Virus record (IMG/VR): IMGVR_UViG_3300045988_025432
Location: 1-33,013 of that record
DNA length: 33,013 nt
Reading direction: 5' to 3' (one strand)
Origin: a virus
Shown: positions 8,105 to 14,645 of the stretch, piece after piece
Layout of the letters: each line of letters starts with the position of its first letter
How positions within the stretch are numbered: the first letter of the stretch is position 1
Position numbers and translations under genes: made by a program
Notes under the pieces: generated by a model
Told to the model about the DNA's origin: nothing
The model's database searches: none
The model's input: the letters and a program-made list of their open reading frames with translations, nothing else

Positions 8105-8180
8105 AGCAGGATAGAGCAGTAGTAGCTCACTAGTCTTATTAGCTAGAGGTCGAATGGTGCAAATCCTTCTCCTGCAACCA
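8105..8180 (+). tRNA. Initiator-like tRNA with anticodon UAU (decodes AUA), encoded CCA
   Basis: Hand-folded cloverleaf. Acceptor AGCAGGA/TCCTGCA: A1xA72 mismatch, then 6 Watson-Crick pairs including G2:C71 and C3:G70. T8 A9. D stem GAGC/GCTC (A11:T24), D loop AGTAGTA. Anticodon stem CTAGT/GCTAG, loop CTTATTA (anticodon TAT 8137-8139, T at position 37). Variable loop AGGTC. T arm GAA(T)GG/CCTTC with one bulged T, T loop TGCAAAT. A73 plus CCA. Blocks GAGCAG, GTAGCTC, AGGTCG, CAAATCC and GCAACCA match E. coli and B. subtilis tRNA-fMet as I recall them. Atypical points: no GG in the D loop, G at position 55, pyrimidine at 37, and only one of the three initiator G:C pairs in the anticodon stem. 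Confidence 0.7.
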
Positions 8181-8262
8181 TGTTTACAAAGCCTATGAGC
8201 AAGTCCTTTCCGAATTAGATATTAAATACCAACAATTGCATACAATTAGGCTTTGATATATT

Positions 8263-8287
8263 ACCGAGCGTTTGTCTCGGTTCTTTT
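8263..8287 (+). terminator. Rho-independent terminator downstream of the tRNA
   Basis: ACCGAG (8263-8268) pairs with CTCGGT (8276-8281), 7-nt loop, T-rich tail TTCTTTT. Confidence 0.5.
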
Positions 8288-8305
8288 AATAATAAGGAGG
8301 AGAAT

Positions 8306-8557
8306 ATGGGTTCAAAAGAATTTCAAGAATTAGCAATGAAAGCAGTATTTCAAGTAAACCCAAATATTGCAATCAGTGAAATGTTCGTTGTGGTGATGTT
8401 TAAAGTGCTTCAAAACAATAAAGCATTCATTAGTGCTAAGAGCACAGATAACTATTACGAAGTAACGTATAACGGCGATAAAAAGGAATTATACGTTGAT
8501 GAATACATCAAGAATACAAATACTTGTCTAAATGTAGATGGCGCTCTATGGTTTTAA
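8306..8557 (+). CDS. Conserved small phage protein of unknown function
   Basis: ATG after an AAGGAGGAG SD. The VLQNNKAFIS....DNYYEVTYNGDKKELYVDEY pattern recurs in Firmicute phages as I recall; no function known. Confidence 0.5.
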   Translation: MGSKEFQELAMKAVFQVNPNIAISEMFVVVMFKVLQNNKAFISAKSTDNYYEVTYNGDKKELYVDEYIKNTNTCLNVDGALWF

Positions 8558-8571
8558 AAAAGGGGGATAAA

Positions 8572-9044
8572 ATGGAGATTATTAGATTAAAAATCAATGA
8601 CATTACACCTTACGAAAAGAACGCAAAGATTCATACTGAAGCACAAATTGAACAAATTAAGAAATCTATTCAAGAATTCGGCATGAATGACCCAATCGCA
8701 GTATGGGGGGGAACAATACCATAGTTGAAGGACATGGGCGATTAGAAGCCTTAAAGCAATTAGGCTATACAGAAGTTGACTGTATCAGACTAGACCATTT
8801 AACAGATGAAGAAAGAAAAGCTTATACACTTGCTCACAATAAAATCAATATGAATACAGGATTCGACATTGATTTATTGGATGAAGAATTAGACAGTATA
8901 GAAGATATTGATATGGAAGATTTCGGATTTGAAAGCGTAGAAAATATTGATTTGAATAGTTTTTTTGAAGATTCAAATTCAACAAGTGAAAAAGAACCGA
9001 AAAAAATTCAGTGTCCTCATTGTGGTGAATGGTTTGAACAATGA
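8572..9044 (+). CDS. ParB-like nuclease-domain protein with C-terminal zinc ribbon, split by a frameshift in a G7 tract (8705-8711)
   Basis: ATG 8572 after AAGGGGGA. IRLKINDITPYEKNAKIHTEAQIEQIKKSIQEFGMNDPIAVW continues as GGNNTIVEGHGRLEALKQLGYTEVDCIRLDHLTDEERKAYTLAHN only in the -1 frame (track ORFs 8524-8724 and 8703-9044). One extra G would restore a single ORF. Ends with CPHCGEWF. Confidence 0.65.
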
Positions 9045-9101
9045 AACTGTTTTTAGCAGGATGTCTTTCGGGGGGGGCACAAAACATAGTGCGTAAGAAT
9101 T

Positions 9102-9299
9102 ATGAAATTGTATCTAGCAGGAGGACAAGCACAACGAAAGACGGCTATCCCTAAAGTAGGAGAAGATATGAAAATGTATTTAGCGTCTGTTTCGAGACTT
9201 GAAACAGATTTAAAAGCAGAGAGTGGAGGATTAATGAAAGCATATCTAGCAGAGAGTGGAGGATTAATCTTCAATGACGCTAACATATTGCAATCATTC
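9102..9299 (+). repeat. Three 66-nt-phased copies of the dpdA 5' end (ATGAAA-NNN-TAT-YTA-GC..), plus a 20-nt exact direct repeat 33 nt apart
   Basis: ATGAAATTGTATCTAGC at 9102, ATGAAAATGTATTTAGC at 9168, ATGAAAGCATATCTAGC at 9234, all in one frame (MKLYLAGG / MKMYLAS / MKAYLAESGG). GCAGAGAGTGGAGGATTAAT occurs at 9216-9235 and 9249-9268. A perfect 8-bp hairpin TCTGTTTC/GAAACAGA lies at 9186-9208. Confidence 0.8.
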
Positions 9300-9947
9300 T
9301 ATTATGTGGATGACTTCACTCGAAATATAATCATCCCAAATTGTAAGGATTTCTTATTAGATAGTGGAGCATTTACATTTATACAGAATGCGAAACACGT
9401 TGATTGGGATGAATATGTAGAAAAATATGCAAAATTTGTTAGAGAAAACAAGATTCAGAAATATTTTGAATTAGATATTGATTCAATCGTTGGATTAAAA
9501 GAAGTAGAACGATTAAGAACGAAACTAGAAAGATTAGTTGGTTGGCAATGTATTCCTGTATGGCACAGAAGCAGAGGAATGGATTATTTTATAAAGCAGT
9601 GTGAAGAATACCCTTATATAGCAATCGGTGGAATCGCAATCAAAGAAATAAAGCAAAATGAATATCCTATCTTTAAAGTGTTGATAAAAGAAGCACATAA
9701 AAGAAATACAAAGGTACACGGCTTAGGTTTCACACAATTAAAGAAACTGAAAATGTATAACTTTGATTCTGTAGATAGTTCATCATGGGTTAGTGGCAAT
9801 AGATTCGGTGCTATATATTGGTTTAACGGAGAAACTTTAGAAAAGATAAATAAACCAAAAGGAAAACGAGTGAAGAGTTCACAAACTGCTATAAATAACT
9901 TTATACAGTGGAAGAAATTCGCTAATTATGTAGAAAGGACATATTAA
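9168..9947 (+). CDS. dpdA: DpdA-type (TGT-like) DNA 7-deazaguanine transglycosylase
   Basis: NILQSFYY..FLLDSGAFTFIQN (TGT-type DSG catalytic Asp motif), IAIGGIA, and FDSVDSSSW fit phage/bacterial DpdA. The start is ambiguous: ATG 9168 has the best SD (TAGGAG, 6 nt), ATG 9234 gives the minimal conserved protein, and ATG 9102 has no SD. Confidence 0.65.
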   Translation: MKMYLASVSRLETDLKAESGGLMKAYLAESGGLIFNDANILQSFYYVDDFTRNIIIPNCKDFLLDSGAFTFIQNAKHVDWDEYVEKYAKFVRENKIQKYFELDIDSIVGLKEVERLRTKLERLVGWQCIPVWHRSRGMDYFIKQCEEYPYIAIGGIAIKEIKQNEYPIFKVLIKEAHKRNTKVHGLGFTQLKKLKMYNFDSVDSSSWVSGNRFGAIYWFNGETLEKINKPKGKRVKSSQTAINNFIQWKKFANYVERTY

Positions 9948-10250
9948 ATGATTGAGAATAAAGAAAAAGTAAAATATATCGAAATGTATCCAAAGGCAAG
10001 ATGTTTCTGCCCTATTGGCAAAGCATGGTACACGAATAGATTTAAAGTATCAGTATTCCCTAGAGATTGTTATTTCGATTATCTAGATGTAGAGAAATTT
10101 ATTAAAGAAGAAATTGAAGGAAAAAGCTTAACAATTGAAGGAGCTTGTAAGAAGTTATATGACTATTTGAAAAAAGATGTTGAAGATATTCAAGTAGAAT
10201 CACACGTAAATGACGCAATTCACTTTCCTGTAAAGGTATTAATTGATTAA
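9948..10250 (+). CDS. Small T-fold protein, possibly QueF-like (preQ0 reductase-like)
   Basis: CFCPIGKAWYTNRFKVSVFPRDCYFDYLDVEKFIKEE aligns by eye with B. subtilis QueF [37 protein letters not shown] (from memory). It lies between dpdA and queT. It is shorter than canonical QueF. Confidence 0.35.
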   Translation: MIENKEKVKYIEMYPKARCFCPIGKAWYTNRFKVSVFPRDCYFDYLDVEKFIKEEIEGKSLTIEGACKKLYDYLKKDVEDIQVESHVNDAIHFPVKVLID

Positions 10251-10722
10251 TGAGGAAGCATTAATAAAGAATCAAACAATTAAGACAATTTCAATGAATG
10301 CAATCGTATGTGCAATGTATGTTGCATTATGTGTAGCACTAAATCCAATTAGCTTTGGAGCATTACAATTTAGAGTAGCAACTCTATTGTTACCATTAGG
10401 ATTTCAAGATAAGAGATTTGCAAATGGAATTATTCTAGGTGTAATCTTAGCAAACTTAACAAGTTCACTAGGATTAATTGATGTATTGGTTGGATTTACA
10501 ATTCAATTTACAATGTATTATTTATTCCCATATTTTATTAAGAATAAATGGATTCATGGAATTGCTTATGCAGTATTAAGTGGAACGCTAGTAGCATTAG
10601 AATTATTATCAGTATTACACATCCCATTCTTATATTCATTTATTACAGTAGGATTAAGTGGACTAATCTTATATGAAGTAGGGAATGTATTATGTACAAG
10701 ATTATTGAAATACATTGATTAA
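10243..10722 (+). CDS. queT: QueT-family queuosine-precursor transporter (ECF S-component-like membrane protein)
   Basis: About 150-160 aa, all hydrophobic helices. NAIVCAMYVALCVALNPISFGALQFRVATLLLPL matches the QueT signature (..aAlYv.lt..p.sfg.iQfRvsE.l). The start is ambiguous: TTG 10243, in-frame ATA 10264 (7 nt after GAGGA), or ATG 10294. Confidence 0.6.
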   Translation: MINEEALIKNQTIKTISMNAIVCAMYVALCVALNPISFGALQFRVATLLLPLGFQDKRFANGIILGVILANLTSSLGLIDVLVGFTIQFTMYYLFPYFIKNKWIHGIAYAVLSGTLVALELLSVLHIPFLYSFITVGLSGLILYEVGNVLCTRLLKYID

Positions 10723-10737
10723 AGGAGTGATAGACAC

Positions 10738-11106
10738 ATGGCAAGCAAAAAATTTATTAATCAAAAACAGTTTGAGCAACTATGCCAAATTCAATGCACA
10801 AAGGATGAAATTTGCGCCGTGTTAGATGTATCAGACAAAACATTAGACAGATGGTGTAAAGAAACATATAAAACGTCATTCTCCGATATTTTCAGACAAA
10901 AAAGGCAAGGAGGGTGTGCAAGCTTAAGAGCGAAGCAGTGGAAGTTGGCTTCAAAGAGTCCTGCTATGGCTATTTTCTTAGGTAAACAATTCCTAGGTCA
11001 AACGGATAAGGTAGAAACACATTTTGACGCTTCAGAAGTAAATGCAATTAATAAAGCTATGATTACAGATGTAGCAAAAGAAAGAAGAATTGAAGATTTT
11101 GAATAA
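10738..11106 (+). CDS. terS: Terminase small subunit
   Basis: N-terminal HTH (QFEQLCQIQCTKDEICAVLDVSDKTLDRWCK) and LRAKQWKLASK.SPAMAIFLGKQFLGQTDK, a typical TerS pattern, immediately upstream of TerL. Confidence 0.75.
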   Translation: MASKKFINQKQFEQLCQIQCTKDEICAVLDVSDKTLDRWCKETYKTSFSDIFRQKRQGGCASLRAKQWKLASKSPAMAIFLGKQFLGQTDKVETHFDASEVNAINKAMITDVAKERRIEDFE

Positions 11107-12424
11107 GCCTGCGCCTTTCAATCAAAAGCAATTAACTTATCTTAAAAAAACATTTGATTCATGGCTTAATGTATTAGAAGGTGGCAAGCGTGGAGGAAAG
11201 AACGTACTCAACACATACGCTTTCTGTATTGCATTAGAAACACATCCGGATAAATTCCATTTGATAGCAGGAACAGATACATCATCTGCACGTGTTAATA
11301 TTGGAGATTGTAACGGATACGGATTGCAGAACTATTTTGCTAACAGATTCAAAGTAGGGAAGTATGAAGGTAAAGACTGCTACTACATCAATACAAAGGT
11401 AGGAGAAAAGGTTGTATTCTTTGCCGGTGGTGCTAAGAAAGGCTCAGAGAATGCAATACATGGTTATTCATACGGCATGGCATACATTACAGAAGCAAAC
11501 CTTTGTTGCATAGAGTTCTTGCAAGAAGTGATGGATAGAACGATAGCGTCAAGCAATCGAAAGATATTTCATGATTTAAACCCAAAAGGAAAGAATCATT
11601 GGTATTACACAGATTTCTTGAAATATCATGAGGAGCAACAGAATAAAGATTCTACATATGGTTATAACTATGGGCATACCACCTTAGTTGACAATTATTC
11701 TTTAAGTGATGAGCAGATAAGAACGGTCTTGAAATCATACGATAAGAATAGCGTTTATTACAAAAGAGATATAAAAGGACAAAGGGAAGAAGCCGAAGGA
11801 CTTGTATTCCCTTATTTTGCAAATAACTGCAAACCTTACCTATTCAAATATCAGAGTCTAAAAGAAAAGATGAAGGAAAAAGGAAAAAGGTTCAGTCATT
11901 TAATTATTGGAGTTGACTTTGGAGACAATGGTTCAAAGTATTCATGGCACTTAACAGGGTTTACAAATGATTGGGATTATATGTGGGCACTTGATGAAGG
12001 AGACATGGCAAAGTCAAATGCAATAGACGCAACAAAGTTCTGCAAAGCATTTGTAAGGTTCTATAAGCGTTGTATTGAATGTTACGGATATGTAGAATGG
12101 ATATTTCCGGACAGTGCTTCTAATACATTAATAAACACGCTTAGAGCTTATTTCTATGCCGAAGGATTAGACGGAAGTATAATTGCACCGGTTAAGAAGA
12201 ATGAGCTAACAGACCGTCCTATAACGGTTGATAGCTTACTTGTTACAGGTAGATTGAAAATAGAAGAACACTGTAAGAACTTAATAAACGCATTGAGCGA
12301 ATTGGTATGGGATGAAAAAAAAGACATTCCAAAAGATGAGAACGTAAACAATATCAATGATGATTGGGATTCGTTCTGCTATACATTTATAACCCATAGT
12401 GGATATATAGATTTAAGGAGGTAA
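11090..12424 (+). CDS. terL: Terminase large subunit (PBSX/XtmB-like)
   Basis: Walker A-like EGGKRGGKN, ATPase and nuclease halves of typical length (444 aa), located between TerS and portal. Confidence 0.85.
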   Translation: MKILNKPAPFNQKQLTYLKKTFDSWLNVLEGGKRGGKNVLNTYAFCIALETHPDKFHLIAGTDTSSARVNIGDCNGYGLQNYFANRFKVGKYEGKDCYYINTKVGEKVVFFAGGAKKGSENAIHGYSYGMAYITEANLCCIEFLQEVMDRTIASSNRKIFHDLNPKGKNHWYYTDFLKYHEEQQNKDSTYGYNYGHTTLVDNYSLSDEQIRTVLKSYDKNSVYYKRDIKGQREEAEGLVFPYFANNCKPYLFKYQSLKEKMKEKGKRFSHLIIGVDFGDNGSKYSWHLTGFTNDWDYMWALDEGDMAKSNAIDATKFCKAFVRFYKRCIECYGYVEWIFPDSASNTLINTLRAYFYAEGLDGSIIAPVKKNELTDRPITVDSLLVTGRLKIEEHCKNLINALSELVWDEKKDIPKDENVNNINDDWDSFCYTFITHSGYIDLRR

Positions 12425-12427
12425 GAA

Positions 12428-13831
12428 ATAGAAACATCTAACACACGTAGACCGTGGTTTCAGAATTACCTAAACGATAGAGGGTATTATGTAGACACAA
12501 ACGCAATTGAAATTATTGAATTGTGCAACAAGTGGTACACGAATACCGAAACAGAATTTCATACGGCATACACCTTGAATAACGAGGAATACACGCTAGA
12601 TAAAACAGACTTTGCAAAGCGTTTATGTGAGGATGACGCAAACCTAATTGAAATCCTAGATATAAACGCTACAGAGGATAGCGTTACAAATGACATTATT
12701 TCAGACATTCTAACAAAGAATAGATTTGATGTAATGTACAGAAAACAGGTTGAGCAAATGTCTGCAAATGGTACTGTAGGAGCTTATGTAACGGTATCAA
12801 ATGCCGAGATTTATGAAGATGGTACATTCAGTGGAGGAGAAATCAGAATCAATTATTGTGATTCAATGAATATCCTTCCATTAACTGTTATAAATGATGA
12901 AATTGTGGAAGTTGCTTTCGTTGGAGTAAATTATGAGAAACTAAAGAAAGTATATGTGATGGTCATGTTCTTAAAAGGACAAGACGAAAGATATATTGCA
13001 GAAACACATTACTTCAAAGACACAGGCGAGGAAATAAAAGAACGTGCTCAGATTGTTCAACTAGATGTAGTTAAACCCTTTGCAATTATGAGAAATGCAA
13101 AGGTAAACAACTTACAAATGCAAGGGTACGGCTTACCTAAAATTTGGAGTGCAATCGCTCCTTTAAAGACAATTGACCTAACAATGACAATGTGGAATCG
13201 AGATTTATTGAAGTCAGATAAAATCGTTCTTGTGAATGAAGCATTAATGCAGAAAGACGAGAATGGAAAGATTAAGATGAATCCACAAATGAAAAAGATT
13301 TTTGTTCAGTTAGGTAGAGACAAGTTACCGGAAGAAAAAGCTTTATGGCAAGAATACAATCCAACAGTTAGAACACAAGAAGTTGTTCAATCACTAGAAA
13401 CTGCTTTAAGCATCTTATCAATGATGTTTGGATTCGGCACAAAGAAATACACGTTTGAAAGTGGAAGAATTGTGACGGCTACAGAATACATTGGTGAGAA
13501 TCAAGACGCAATGAAGGAAGTAAACTCACAACGTAAAGAATCTACGGCTTATATTCAAGATATCATTCAAGCAATAGCATACTTCTATGAATTAACACAA
13601 GGCAGAAAGCTTAATATCAATTCATTAGATATTGCAATTGATTATGATGATACATATATAGAGGATAAGCAAAGCACTGCACAAGCGTTAAGAAATGACG
13701 CACTTACATTTGATATTCCAAGATTGAAAATTATGTACTTTATGAAACAATACGGATTTACAGAAGAAGAAGCAACGGAATTATTAAACGAAGAAATTCA
13801 AGATGATGGAGAGGGGGATGACGAAGAATAG
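12428..13831 (+). CDS. Portal protein (SPP1 gp6-like), predicted ATA start
   Basis: Size and position fit a portal. The frame opens at 12425, right after the terL stop. The 31 codons before the track's TTG 12521 read as coding (ETSNTRRPWFQNYLNDRGYYVDTNAIEIIE) and contain no ATG/GTG/TTG. AAGGAGG 12415-12421 lies 6 nt before ATA 12428. Confidence 0.8.
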   Translation: METSNTRRPWFQNYLNDRGYYVDTNAIEIIELCNKWYTNTETEFHTAYTLNNEEYTLDKTDFAKRLCEDDANLIEILDINATEDSVTNDIISDILTKNRFDVMYRKQVEQMSANGTVGAYVTVSNAEIYEDGTFSGGEIRINYCDSMNILPLTVINDEIVEVAFVGVNYEKLKKVYVMVMFLKGQDERYIAETHYFKDTGEEIKERAQIVQLDVVKPFAIMRNAKVNNLQMQGYGLPKIWSAIAPLKTIDLTMTMWNRDLLKSDKIVLVNEALMQKDENGKIKMNPQMKKIFVQLGRDKLPEEKALWQEYNPTVRTQEVVQSLETALSILSMMFGFGTKKYTFESGRIVTATEYIGENQDAMKEVNSQRKESTAYIQDIIQAIAYFYELTQGRKLNINSLDIAIDYDDTYIEDKQSTAQALRNDALTFDIPRLKIMYFMKQYGFTEEEATELLNEEIQDDGEGDDEE

Positions 13832-14634
13832 CAACTACATATTTTCCATTCGTCTCAAGAAATGGCGATAGATTAGTATTATATGACGCTTTCAGAAGAT
13901 TGTTCTCAAGCTACTTTACAAATGGCGTGTTCGTAGATGATTCTAGTTCAGACCATTTAAGAGTTGAGAAAGCTCAAGGCTTAACCTTAACAGTTAAAGC
14001 AGGACGAGCAAACATTAATGGAGCGTTCTATTGGCAGAAGGATGATGAAACCATCACACTAGAAAAGAATAGCGCAACTAAAAGCTACAACATCATTCTT
14101 AGATTGAATGATAATGACGCATATAGAAATATCACATTAGTGGCTAGTGATATCAATGATGGAATTACAAGAAATGATTCTATTTACGATTTAGTACTAG
14201 CTACAGTCACGGTTACAGGCAATGCAAGCGAAGTTAAAGGCTCAGATATTACAGATACAAGATTAGATTCTACACGTTGTGGAGCAGTTACAAGCGCTAT
14301 TAAGAGCGTACAATCGTTGGATTTGTTCACTCAAGTAACGGAGTTATTCAAGGAAATTAAGACCCAAAATGAATCTGAAATGAATGCAAATAGAACAGAA
14401 TTCAATGATTGGTTTGAAACTGTAAAAGATACGTTAGACGCAAATACGGCAGGAAAGTTATCCAATAGAATTTCAAACATTGAAAAGATGATTATGGAGA
14501 ATCATTTCACTACGATTCTATTAACAGAAGATGGAACACTAGTAGATGAGAATGGTCATGAAATTTTAGCCGATTGGGCGTATGAAGTTGATGAAGGTGA
14601 AGTAGGTAAAGATTGGACTTACAAGGTGAAATAG
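13828..14634 (+). CDS. Fibre/receptor-binding-module structural protein, predicted ATA start
   Basis: The N-terminus (M)ATTYFPFVSRNGDRLVLYDAFRRLFSSYFTNGVF is a motif I recall from Firmicute phage fibre/baseplate proteins. There are 24 codons without a canonical start before TTG 13900. ATA 13828 overlaps the portal stop (ATAG) and lies 9 nt after GGAGAGGGGGA. Confidence 0.6.
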   Translation: MATTYFPFVSRNGDRLVLYDAFRRLFSSYFTNGVFVDDSSSDHLRVEKAQGLTLTVKAGRANINGAFYWQKDDETITLEKNSATKSYNIILRLNDNDAYRNITLVASDINDGITRNDSIYDLVLATVTVTGNASEVKGSDITDTRLDSTRCGAVTSAIKSVQSLDLFTQVTELFKEIKTQNESEMNANRTEFNDWFETVKDTLDANTAGKLSNRISNIEKMIMENHFTTILLTEDGTLVDENGHEILADWAYEVDEGEVGKDWTYKVK

Positions 14635-14645
14635 AGGATGTATAT

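Noticed and set aside
8105-8180. Reading the tRNA as an ordinary elongator tRNA-Ile(UAU), or as a suppressor (UUA) tRNA
   Set aside because: With a standard 7-nt loop and U33, the anticodon is UAU, not UUA. An elongator reading does not explain the 1:72 mismatch, A11:U24, or the tRNA-fMet-like acceptor, D, variable and 3'-end blocks. It also does not explain the coincidence with many SD-ATA starts. An elongator role still cannot be excluded from sequence alone.
9046-9167. preQ1 riboswitch (class I, II or III) upstream of dpdA/queT
   Set aside because: I looked for the preQ1-I hairpin plus A-rich tail ending in the SD, and for a preQ1-II-like pseudoknot. There are A-rich stretches (CACAAAACAUAG, CCCUAAAGUAGGAG) but no convincing P1 stem or pseudoknot partner. 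It needs an Rfam/Infernal scan before any claim.
8524-9170. Track starts at 8524 (ParB-like) and 9102 (DpdA)
   Set aside because: 8524 is an internal-frame start inside the upstream gene with no SD; ATG 8572 follows AAGGGGGA. 9102 has no SD; 9168 and 9234 do.
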